Below are positions 27,011 through 35,464 of a stretch of DNA of 64,000 nucleotides, one piece after another. Under the pieces are notes generated by a model. The model was not told the origin of the DNA, did no database searches, and worked only from the letters and a program-made list of their open reading frames with translations. The DNA is from an uncultured virus (IMG/VR IMGVR_UViG_3300020564_000003). Taxonomy: Duplodnaviria; Heunggongvirae; Uroviricota; Caudoviricetes. The stretch lies in IMG/VR virus record IMGVR_UViG_3300020564_000003; one strand, given 5' to 3'. The position numbers were made by a program, and so were the translations under genes. Position 1 is the first letter of the stretch. Each line of letters begins with the position of its first letter.

Positions 27011-27693
27011 GCATGGAACAAAACAAAGATTCGTATACCGTAGTAAAAAGAACCCCATCTATAACTCCATCAGGCTGGTTTGGGGATAGCAAAGACATGA
27101 TTGTTGAGCTAGAAAACTTCATGACCCAAGAAGAGATAGAGTTCTTAGAAAAAGCTGCTAAGTCTTTAACAATTTGGGATGTTACGGAAAGCCATACAAA
27201 TGAGAATGGGACCGTTACCTACGACTCAGATTATTGGAAAGACCGAGTCGCAACTCAGCCAACTTTAGATAAAAATGACCCAAAGATATCTCCAGTAATT
27301 GCTGGGCTATTTCAAAGACTACGACCAATTATTGAAGAGTTCTACCAGGTAGAAGTTATACCAACTGGGACAACTATTGTTAAATGGCTTCCTGGGCAGT
27401 TTCAAAAACCACACGCTGATAAAGAGCTCCACGAGGGCCCCGACGCTGGAACACCTAACGACTTTCCAAACTATGACCTATCAAGTTTGTTTTATTTAAA
27501 TGATGACTATGAGGGCGGAGAGCTGTATTTCCCACTACAGGGTGTGCAGTTTAAGCCTAAAAAAGGCGCTGCTTACTTCTTCCCAGGTGACAAAAACTAC
27601 ATCCATGGGGTTACTGAGGTAAAAAGCGGCTTACGTTTTACATGCCCTTTCTTTTGGGAAATAACAAAGCATACAGGACCTAGACAACCATAA
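27007..27693 (+). CDS. 2OG-Fe(II) oxygenase, prolyl-4-hydroxylase-like (3)
   Basis: HAD...YLNDDYEGG...YIHGV...GLRF. Confidence 0.9.
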   Translation: MSMEQNKDSYTVVKRTPSITPSGWFGDSKDMIVELENFMTQEEIEFLEKAAKSLTIWDVTESHTNENGTVTYDSDYWKDRVATQPTLDKNDPKISPVIAGLFQRLRPIIEEFYQVEVIPTGTTIVKWLPGQFQKPHADKELHEGPDAGTPNDFPNYDLSSLFYLNDDYEGGELYFPLQGVQFKPKKGAAYFFPGDKNYIHGVTEVKSGLRFTCPFFWEITKHTGPRQP

Positions 27694-27701
27694 CGACGAG
27701 G

Positions 27702-27714
27702 TACAATCAACCCT
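27702..27714 (+). promoter_or_regulatory. Internal -10 element for probable leaderless transcript
   Basis: TACAAT 7 nt upstream of ATG 27715. Confidence 0.45.
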
Positions 27715-28488
27715 ATGAAATCAATTTACGACATCCCTCTTAACTCAGCTGAGGGCTCTCCTGACTTCTTAAGTCAATTTAAAGGCAAAGTAACCTTGTT
27801 GACGAATACAACCGTCGGCTGCGGCAACGCTAATCAAATGGAAGTTCTCCAATGGCTTCAAGATAAGTACGGTGGAGATGATTTCCAAGTTATTGCAATT
27901 CCTACTAATGACTATTGTGGCCCAGGAGTAACTAAGGGCAAGTGGTCTGAAGGCATTACCTGTGGCTTAGATTCACAAGAGTATGGTCAAGAAGTCTACG
28001 GAACCACGTTTAAGTTCTCAGAGATGGTGTCGTCAAACCCAAATGAGAGTGCTACTGAGCTTAGCCCTTACAAGGGCGATAACTCTGTAAACGGACTAGG
28101 TCAACCAAGAAAAGAAACTCATGAGCTATACAAAGAAATAGCTGAGCAAATGCTTGCGTTTGCTGAAAAACAAAGAGAACTTGGCATTCCAGACAGAGAT
28201 GGCTATTTGTCACCTTGGTTAAATCAACCTTTTGGCAACGGCGCAATGCAGGGCGGTAACTTTGAGAAGTACCTTATTGATAGAGATGGGTATGTAGCTA
28301 ACTGGTTTCAATGCACAGTACTAAATTACGATATTGAAAAGACACTAAAAGAAGCCCTAATAGCTGCGGGAAACCCTGCGGGTATGGGAGAAGGCAGAAC
28401 CCCAGAAGTATTTGAAGAAGAGTATGCCCTTGTTCAACAAGAGATAGAAAAGTTAATTGCTGGAGATAAATCCCTATTAAATAACTAA
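27715..28488 (+). CDS. Divergent glutathione peroxidase-like (thioredoxin-fold) protein
   Basis: SIYDI....G....LSQFKGKV.L..N....CG, Q...LQ..Y....F.VIAIP.N, NFEKYLIDRDG. Confidence 0.8.
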   Translation: MKSIYDIPLNSAEGSPDFLSQFKGKVTLLTNTTVGCGNANQMEVLQWLQDKYGGDDFQVIAIPTNDYCGPGVTKGKWSEGITCGLDSQEYGQEVYGTTFKFSEMVSSNPNESATELSPYKGDNSVNGLGQPRKETHELYKEIAEQMLAFAEKQRELGIPDRDGYLSPWLNQPFGNGAMQGGNFEKYLIDRDGYVANWFQCTVLNYDIEKTLKEALIAAGNPAGMGEGRTPEVFEEEYALVQQEIEKLIAGDKSLLNN

Positions 28489-28504
28489 ACGGAGTAAAAG
28501 TACA

Positions 28505-29260
28505 ATGAACCTAGCAAACAAAAAACGACTAACAAAAGACATCGTTGTTTATGAGAACTTCATAAGCAAAGAAGATTGCAAAAAGATGATTCAAGCCCTA
28601 GATGCTCAGGCAGAGAATGGGGCAATTTCTTGGATGCCAATTTCATTTTACGAGTCCTATTCCTCAGTTTTGCCACAAGACAACGACCAAGAGGTTATTG
28701 ACGCTGGTCTATCTCCAACTATATTTTCAGATATTGAAAAGGCAATGCCTGAAGCAATTGCTTCAGTCCACGACCTTGACCCAAAAACAATCTGTAAAAT
28801 TGGGTACCACACACAGAAGTGGGAGCCAGGAGCATATGCAAGAATTCACTCTGACAACACAGATGCTGAGGGAAACTCAGGTGCGTTTACAAGAAGCCGC
28901 TACGCAGGGTTTCTATACTTAAACGATGATTTTGAAGGTGGGCTTTTACGGTTCCCAGCACAAAACTTAGAGATTAAACCAGAAGTTGGGCTGCTTGCTG
29001 TATTTGACGGCGGGTTTAACAATATGCACGAAGTATCTCTTATTACAGGTGGTGTCAGATACACCATTGGTTCTTTCTGGGATGACCGAGAAGAGTCAGC
29101 GTACCCACAAGAGGTGCGAGATGCATGGGCTGAAGAGATGAAGGCTACTAGAGCGCAACAAGAGATTGAACGAGCAGAGTGGCAAGAGCTTCTTAAGCAA
29201 GGCTGGAAGTTAGACGCAGCAGGAAATAAGTACAAACTAGAAGATGTTGCAAATGATTGA
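28505..29260 (+). CDS. 2OG-Fe(II) oxygenase, prolyl-4-hydroxylase-like (4)
   Basis: HSD...YLNDDFEGG...MHEV...GVRY. Confidence 0.9.
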   Translation: MNLANKKRLTKDIVVYENFISKEDCKKMIQALDAQAENGAISWMPISFYESYSSVLPQDNDQEVIDAGLSPTIFSDIEKAMPEAIASVHDLDPKTICKIGYHTQKWEPGAYARIHSDNTDAEGNSGAFTRSRYAGFLYLNDDFEGGLLRFPAQNLEIKPEVGLLAVFDGGFNNMHEVSLITGGVRYTIGSFWDDREESAYPQEVRDAWAEEMKATRAQQEIERAEWQELLKQGWKLDAAGNKYKLEDVAND

Positions 29261-29912
29261 GTCTTTTAAACAACAGTTGATAGACAGCGGATACGTAGTT
29301 ACAGATATTACCCCAGAGCTATTCTCTGTTGAGAACTTTTTATCCCAAGACCAAATAAACACTTTTTGGGAGATTATCCACAGTACGTCACAAGAAGACT
29401 GGGAAGTAGAGTACCACGCAAACTTAAAGTATTTTTGTTTGGAAAAATTTGGTAGAGATGATGTAGATAATCTGGTTGCTGAAGGTAAGTTTGAGATTAC
29501 CCAAAATTGGAAAGATAAAAACTTTAACATACTACATCATGAAATCCAAAGGCCTTTATACGATGTTGTAAACTCTATGGTGGTCAAAGCTGACCCAGAA
29601 TTAATTTTAAGTGGATTTGCAACAATTCAACGAATGCAAGCAGGGGTAGAGTTAAAAGCGCACACTGACCAAAAAACAGACCCATCTATAAAGTATGCCA
29701 CCATCGTATACATCAATGACGACTACGTAGATGGTGAGTTATTTTTTCCAAACCTTGATATCCAGTTAAAACCTAAGCCAGGAACTATGTTATTTTTTCC
29801 AGGAAACGAAGAGTATGAGCACGGAGTCAAGCATGTAGGAGATGGACCAATACGATATGTTCTTGTTGGGTTCATTAAAGAAAAAGACCATTACGCAAAA
29901 AATAAGTACTAA
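29253..29912 (+). CDS. 2OG-Fe(II) oxygenase, prolyl-4-hydroxylase-like (5)
   Basis: HTD...YINDDYVDG...YEHGV...PIRY; start 29244 or 29253. Confidence 0.88.
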   Translation: MIESFKQQLIDSGYVVTDITPELFSVENFLSQDQINTFWEIIHSTSQEDWEVEYHANLKYFCLEKFGRDDVDNLVAEGKFEITQNWKDKNFNILHHEIQRPLYDVVNSMVVKADPELILSGFATIQRMQAGVELKAHTDQKTDPSIKYATIVYINDDYVDGELFFPNLDIQLKPKPGTMLFFPGNEEYEHGVKHVGDGPIRYVLVGFIKEKDHYAKNKY

Positions 29913-29923
29913 GGGAGAAACAG

Positions 29924-30679
29924 ATGAACAGAGAAATACTGGACCCAAAAGCGTACTACTATACAGATGCTATTGAGGACTTTGATACCTTTAAAAAGGT
30001 TTGGAAAGAGTTAGACACTCTTGAGCAATACACAGACTTAGGCGTAAACGTTTGGGACACCTGGACCGCTTCTAATGATAAAAACTTTATTTATGGAGAA
30101 ACAAAAACATTTGATATTAATGCAATTAATAGGCTTAGCGTCATTTACGATTCAGATAGCGGAAAAGTAGCGGAAAAAAGTAAGTATATATACGACGCGG
30201 TTATGACTGCAATGTATAACGTTTGCAAAGACTATGCTTCTTCTTTAGGGGACTTTGATGAGCCAAGACTTTTTCCAACGTTTAATATAAAAAAGTACAA
30301 TACTGGAATGGGCATGGGCGCACATTTTGACCAGCTAGATGGCGATAAGACCTTAAGATATTCATTAGTAATGTACTTAAACGACGACTGTGAAGGCGGC
30401 GAAATCTCTTTTCAGTTAAAAGATTATGATGGAGGATGGACTAGCGCTGATGGTTTTTCTAAGGGGTCAGCTCCAGCCGTAGACTTGGACTACGACGTAT
30501 CTGTTGCAAATAAAGCAATTGATTTTGGACTAAAGCCAAAAGAAAATAGCGTTGTCATATTCCCAGCCTTTCCCCCATACTTTCATACCGCACACGTTGT
30601 AAAGTCTGGTTTTAAATACATGATTCCTGGTCACTGGATTCATAACAATATGGAGCTTAATAAGAACCAGGGTATGTAA
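29924..30679 (+). CDS. 2OG-Fe(II) oxygenase, prolyl-4-hydroxylase-like (6)
   Basis: HFD...YLNDDCEGG...YFH...GFKY. Confidence 0.88.
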   Translation: MNREILDPKAYYYTDAIEDFDTFKKVWKELDTLEQYTDLGVNVWDTWTASNDKNFIYGETKTFDINAINRLSVIYDSDSGKVAEKSKYIYDAVMTAMYNVCKDYASSLGDFDEPRLFPTFNIKKYNTGMGMGAHFDQLDGDKTLRYSLVMYLNDDCEGGEISFQLKDYDGGWTSADGFSKGSAPAVDLDYDVSVANKAIDFGLKPKENSVVIFPAFPPYFHTAHVVKSGFKYMIPGHWIHNNMELNKNQGM

Positions 30680-31345
30680 TTGAAAACAGCAATTGTTACT
30701 GGAGCAAGTAAGGGCGTAGGCCTAGCAACAGTCAAGCGTCTATCTGAAAATGGGTACAAGGTTATTGCTGTTTCAAGAAACCTGTCTAAAGTATCTGAGC
30801 TTGTATCTGACAACGTTGAAGTATACAGCCTAGATGTAACAGACTCTAAAGCAATAGAGGGCTTCTTTGAAAAGTATAAGGATATTACTTTAGACCTTCT
30901 AGTTAATAATGCTGGTGGTGGTTCTAGCCCAACTAACATTATTAATGAGACTATGGATAACTTTAGACGAGCCTACGATATAAACGTATCTGGGCCTATG
31001 TACCTTTCTCAATTATTTGTGCCGTGTATGGAAAAGTCAGATTCCCCAACAATTGTATTTATCACCTCTTTTGGAGGTAAGGTGCCGTATCGCGGTGGAG
31101 GAAATTACACAAATGCCAAGAGGGGTGAACGCGGTTTAATTGACACAATGAGACTTGAGTTCCCACAATTTGGCATTAAAATTACAGAAATTTGTCCAGC
31201 AACTATTGATACCCAAGAGCAAAAACGAGACCAAGCCTTAACTGCAGAGGATTTAGCAGAAGCTATTTACTGGGTAGGGTCGCTACCAAGTCACGTTAAT
31301 ATAAATGAGATTGAAATTTGCCATATTAACAGTAGTAAGTACTAG
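30680..31345 (+). CDS. Short-chain dehydrogenase/reductase (YdfG-like)
   Basis: TGASKGVG, LVNNAG, YxxxK (YTNAK), LTAEDLAEAIYWV..LP.HVNI. Confidence 0.92.
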   Translation: MKTAIVTGASKGVGLATVKRLSENGYKVIAVSRNLSKVSELVSDNVEVYSLDVTDSKAIEGFFEKYKDITLDLLVNNAGGGSSPTNIINETMDNFRRAYDINVSGPMYLSQLFVPCMEKSDSPTIVFITSFGGKVPYRGGGNYTNAKRGERGLIDTMRLEFPQFGIKITEICPATIDTQEQKRDQALTAEDLAEAIYWVGSLPSHVNINEIEICHINSSKY

Positions 31346-31351
31346 CCTTGT

Positions 31352-32002
31352 ATGCCTAAAGATGTTCCTAAGATAATTTGGCAAACACATAACTACCTAT
31401 ATGAAGATTTGCCAGAACATTTAAAGCAAGTAACCCAGACTTGGATAAATTTAAATCCAACCTGGGAGTATAGGTACGTTAATCATGTGGATAGGGCAGA
31501 ATTCGTAAAGACAGAAGACCCCGTGCTCTATACTCACTATGAAAAATTAGCTCCTATAACTCAAGGTGATATATGGAGATACCTAGTAACCTATAAATAT
31601 GGTGGGGCGTATGCAGATATGGATTCGGTATGTACAGTTCCTCTAGACTACATGCTTGAAACCTTGCAGTGTGAGCATGACCTTTTAGCAACTAGCCAAT
31701 CAGGTATGCCCCCGCTTGACTATAATAATTGTAATTATGTTGTTGGAAAAAACTCAAAAAATCTTGAAATAATTATAAAAAGTATGAAAGATGAATACTA
31801 TTTAACTGATAAGTTAAACAAGTGGGCTTGCCCCTTAACGCGTTTTTGTGTACAAGCTTCCATAAGTGATACTGCCTGTAAAGACTTTTACGGTGCCCTT
31901 CATTCAGAGGGGTTTAAGTCAGCTTTTGACGATACTTTTGAGGTAAACTATTACGGGAAGCATATAGCCTACAAGCAATTAATCCGTGACTTGCCCCGCT
32001 AA
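31352..32002 (+). CDS. Glycosyltransferase family 32 (OCH1-like, DxD)
   Basis: VPKIIWQT, W..LNP.WEY, DIWRY...YKYGGAYADMD. Confidence 0.85.
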   Translation: MPKDVPKIIWQTHNYLYEDLPEHLKQVTQTWINLNPTWEYRYVNHVDRAEFVKTEDPVLYTHYEKLAPITQGDIWRYLVTYKYGGAYADMDSVCTVPLDYMLETLQCEHDLLATSQSGMPPLDYNNCNYVVGKNSKNLEIIIKSMKDEYYLTDKLNKWACPLTRFCVQASISDTACKDFYGALHSEGFKSAFDDTFEVNYYGKHIAYKQLIRDLPR

Positions 32003-32080
32003 AAGAAGCAGCCCGCTCTACAATATAGGAATGAGTAATATCTCAGAGTATTCTCCTTGTTTTGTGATAGGAATTAACTA

Positions 32081-34957
32081 ATGTCAATTGTTGGAGTAAC
32101 GGCTTCTAGCCGTAGGCAAGTACCTAACGCTCCAACAATTGGCACAGCTACAGATGTAGGAACAGATAGAGCGTTCAATAATGGCGCAGCAGTAGTTACC
32201 TTTACCCCAAGTCCAATTGGCTTTGAAGCAACCTCTTACACAGTAACCTCTAGCCCTGGAGGATTCACAGCCTCTGGTACCTCTTCTCCTTTAACTGTAA
32301 CTGGGTTGCAATCTAATACCGCTTATACTTTTACAGCAACAGCAACAAACTTTGTAGGAACAGGTCTTGCCTCTGCTGCATCAGATAGTATTACTGCAAC
32401 TACCGTTCCACAGGCTCCAACTATCGGAACTCCCACTCTTGCTAGTGGTCAGCCATACACTGGTTCTGCAAACATTGGGGTTGTCTTTACCGCTGGCGCA
32501 ACTGGTGGAAAATCAATCACAACTTTTACAGCAACCTCTTCTAGCACTACAGTTGTTTCTGGAGCAACTTCTCCAATTACTATATCTGAAACTGTGGGTA
32601 TCTCTAGAAACTACACAGTTACCGCAACTAACGATAATGGAACAAGCTTAGCTTCTTCTGCAAGTACCTTCATTACTCCGTCTTCTATTCCTGAATCTGC
32701 TCCTACTATCGGAACTCTTTCAAATGTTACTGGTATTGCTTTTGGTTCTAACCCACAGTTTACTTTGACCTTTACAGCACCAACAAGCACAGGTGGCTCA
32801 GCAATAACCTCGTACAAGTACTCAACAGATGGTGGAACTACTTACATAACAGCGCCAAGCAATACAAGCCCAATGACTTTAACTACGCAAAGCACCTCTG
32901 GAACTCCAGCATTTGTAGCGGGAACTTCTTACTCTGTAATCCTTAAAGCAGTAAATGCAAATGGAGATTCTCCAGCATCTGCATCAAGTAACTCACGGGT
33001 TGCTGCAACTATCCCAAGCACTCCTACATTTACCCTGTCTAGTACTGGCAACACCAACATTACTGGAACGTACTCCTATAGCACTGGTGGACAAGCTGTT
33101 ACTTCATATGTTTCAGAAGTCTCTGGAATCTCACCAACTACCGCAGGGACAAGTCCTGTAGGAAACACGTCAGGCGCTTTAACTTACACAGCTAGTTATG
33201 TGCAGGGAACTCAATACACTGTGTCCTTTAGCGTTACTAACCCTATGGGCACTGCAACTGCTTCCTCTCAATCTATTACGCCGTTTGCACCAGCAACTCC
33301 TGGTACTCCAGCAAGTTTAAGCGCTGCTGTTGCAACCACTACATCTGTAAACCTAACGTACGGAGCCATTGTACAAAACGGGTCCGCACTTACTGCGTGG
33401 CAAGGAAGTGGGACAAGTACTGGAGATATTGTCTCTAGCCCTGCGATTGCTTTGACTTACTCTGGAACACCTAGCGCTGCAGGTGGCGTTGTAAGCGTTT
33501 CAGGAACATTTGCGGCAACTCAGTCATACACATTTACTCTAAAAGCAAGAAACGGAGCTGGTGTAGGAGGAGGAATAACCTCAAACAGTGTTCTTCCACT
33601 GCCTTCTATTACAGACAACTTTAACCGTTCTGGTTCTACTTTAGGAACAACCTCTTCTGGTAGTCCTTGGACCTCTCACTCTGGTTCCTGGTCTACCAAC
33701 GGAAGTCGTGGCGTTTCATCTTCGTCTGGTGTTGCCTCTGTATCGTTTGGTAATGGAACTGCAACGGTAACAGCCGATGTAAGTAACGGTTACGGAGTTG
33801 CGTGGTGGGTAACGGGTAGCGGGTCTTACTATAGTTCGTATTACCAACAGTACACCTACACGTATTCAACAGGTAACAACTACTGTACTGACTGTAGTTA
33901 TAGAAACTATTATTGTACTGGAACGACATTTTATTCTTGCCCAGGTGGTCAAAACCAATTTAACGGGCAGTGTTACACCTGTAGTTCTGGAACTTTTTCC
34001 TTTCCTAATTGCCTTAGTTGTGCTCAAGGTTCAGCCGTTTGTCCTTCTGGAACTACAGAGTACAACGGAAGCTGTTACAGCTGTAGTAGTGGAACTCTCT
34101 ACAACAATACTCAGTGTCAGGTTTATGCTGGAACTACTGGTAATGGTATTTACTCATACGTTGGCGGTGCTACTACTTACAGCGCAACTCCATCTGCACG
34201 AAGCTGTACATCAATAGATGTTCAAAGCTATTCCAACCCATGTTTTTACATTGGAGAATGCCTTCCTGAAGGAAGCGGCTCTATTTGTTTAAGAGATTGT
34301 TTACAAGGTGGCTATCAGCTTACGCCAACTTCCAGCACATGCTACTTGTGCGGTAGCGGTACTGTGAATGGACCAAACCCAACAACTGGTTCTGGGTCCT
34401 ACGCTTCTTGCTACGCCGAAGGCACAATGCCTGTTTATTCCTACACAAACGCAACTGTAAGCTCTAAGGTAACCCCAGCCTCTGGCACATACCCAAACTG
34501 TAATTACGGAACTACTGCAATTAGTGCTACATATCAAGGTCAAGCGACTGCAACCTCTAGCACAAACAACGGAACATACCCAAACTGTACTTATGGTTCG
34601 GCATCCTACGATTCAACTGGTGCGGCTGTAAACTCTTACCCAACATGCGGTTGCCTTGGAAATACCTCCGACAGAACTACTCTTGGAGGAGGACAACCAG
34701 TTACACCAACAGCTACCGCTACTGGTGACAGAATTATTACTGGTGGAACAACAGGTGGGCTACTTGGGTCTACCCCTACAAAGATTACAGCGGTAGTAAG
34801 TGCGGCTGGTTCTTGGACAGTATATGCTTACAACTCAAGCGGTACTCAGATTTACACCACAACAGGTACAGGTACTCCTGTTGGAAATTACGGTGTATTT
34901 TTAGGCACTAGCACACTAGCCCTTGGAGCAGGGGTAGACAACTTCTCGGTATCATAA
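32081..34957 (+). CDS. Multi-Fn3 virion appendage protein with C-terminal beta-sandwich interrupted by a Cys-rich insertion
   Basis: About five Fn3-like units; N-terminal unit paralogous to 22331 protein; TDNFNRS...VDNFSVS flanking 24 Cys. Confidence 0.8.
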   Translation: MSIVGVTASSRRQVPNAPTIGTATDVGTDRAFNNGAAVVTFTPSPIGFEATSYTVTSSPGGFTASGTSSPLTVTGLQSNTAYTFTATATNFVGTGLASAASDSITATTVPQAPTIGTPTLASGQPYTGSANIGVVFTAGATGGKSITTFTATSSSTTVVSGATSPITISETVGISRNYTVTATNDNGTSLASSASTFITPSSIPESAPTIGTLSNVTGIAFGSNPQFTLTFTAPTSTGGSAITSYKYSTDGGTTYITAPSNTSPMTLTTQSTSGTPAFVAGTSYSVILKAVNANGDSPASASSNSRVAATIPSTPTFTLSSTGNTNITGTYSYSTGGQAVTSYVSEVSGISPTTAGTSPVGNTSGALTYTASYVQGTQYTVSFSVTNPMGTATASSQSITPFAPATPGTPASLSAAVATTTSVNLTYGAIVQNGSALTAWQGSGTSTGDIVSSPAIALTYSGTPSAAGGVVSVSGTFAATQSYTFTLKARNGAGVGGGITSNSVLPLPSITDNFNRSGSTLGTTSSGSPWTSHSGSWSTNGSRGVSSSSGVASVSFGNGTATVTADVSNGYGVAWWVTGSGSYYSSYYQQYTYTYSTGNNYCTDCSYRNYYCTGTTFYSCPGGQNQFNGQCYTCSSGTFSFPNCLSCAQGSAVCPSGTTEYNGSCYSCSSGTLYNNTQCQVYAGTTGNGIYSYVGGATTYSATPSARSCTSIDVQSYSNPCFYIGECLPEGSGSICLRDCLQGGYQLTPTSSTCYLCGSGTVNGPNPTTGSGSYASCYAEGTMPVYSYTNATVSSKVTPASGTYPNCNYGTTAISATYQGQATATSSTNNGTYPNCTYGSASYDSTGAAVNSYPTCGCLGNTSDRTTLGGGQPVTPTATATGDRIITGGTTGGLLGSTPTKITAVVSAAGSWTVYAYNSSGTQIYTTTGTGTPVGNYGVFLGTSTLALGAGVDNFSVS

Positions 34958-34967
34958 TAGGAGCACA

Positions 34968-35228
34968 ATGAGCAACAAACCACGTAATGCACGTCCTTGG
35001 GATTTATTCAATAAAAACCTTGGAAGAGTTCAAACAACTGTTGCAGAAGAACGGTACGAAATCTGTTCTGCTTGCCCTAAGTTAATAAAACTAACAGGTC
35101 AGTGTAAAGAATGTGGCTGCTTTATGCAGTCAAAAGTAAAACTTCCAAATGCATTTTGTCCACTAGACAAGTGGGCCGCTGTAGAGATTAGCTACACAGA
35201 AGACCAATCAGAAGAGGAAACAAAGTAA
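34968..35228 (+). CDS. Cys-rich DUF6171-like small protein, copy 2
   Basis: RPWDL...RYEICSAC...CKECGC...K..LP...CPLDKW. Confidence 0.75.
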   Translation: MSNKPRNARPWDLFNKNLGRVQTTVAEERYEICSACPKLIKLTGQCKECGCFMQSKVKLPNAFCPLDKWAAVEISYTEDQSEEETK

Positions 35229-35428
35229 TGGAACCATTTGACCCAAACCGTCCACTTCCCCCAAAAAAAGTTGCTTTTGTTATTGACGGAGTTATTCAAG
35301 ACATCCTTCACACAGATGAGCGCTTAGCTGCAATCTTGTTAAGTGAGCCATTGACTATAGATGTAACAAACGAACCAGAGAGCGTTGTTCCTGGCACTCA
35401 TTACCCTTTTGAGACCCCAGAAGCTTAG
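35228..35428 (+). CDS. Small hypothetical protein, resembles one repeat of the 23455 protein
   Basis: KVAFVIDG...HTDERLAAILL vs KYSFLVDN...HTDLMNAAAF. Confidence 0.6.
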   Translation: MEPFDPNRPLPPKKVAFVIDGVIQDILHTDERLAAILLSEPLTIDVTNEPESVVPGTHYPFETPEA

Positions 35429-35464
35429 CCCACTTTCTACTCTTCTTTAAGAGATAATCCTCGT

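Noticed and set aside
24154..32002. DNA hypermodification cluster (TET/JBP or AlkB oxygenases plus glycosyltransferase)
   Set aside because: The motifs are P4H-like (YxNDDYEGG), no methyltransferase or nucleotide-modifying genes are adjacent, and the cassette sits among fibre genes. Disfavoured, not excluded.
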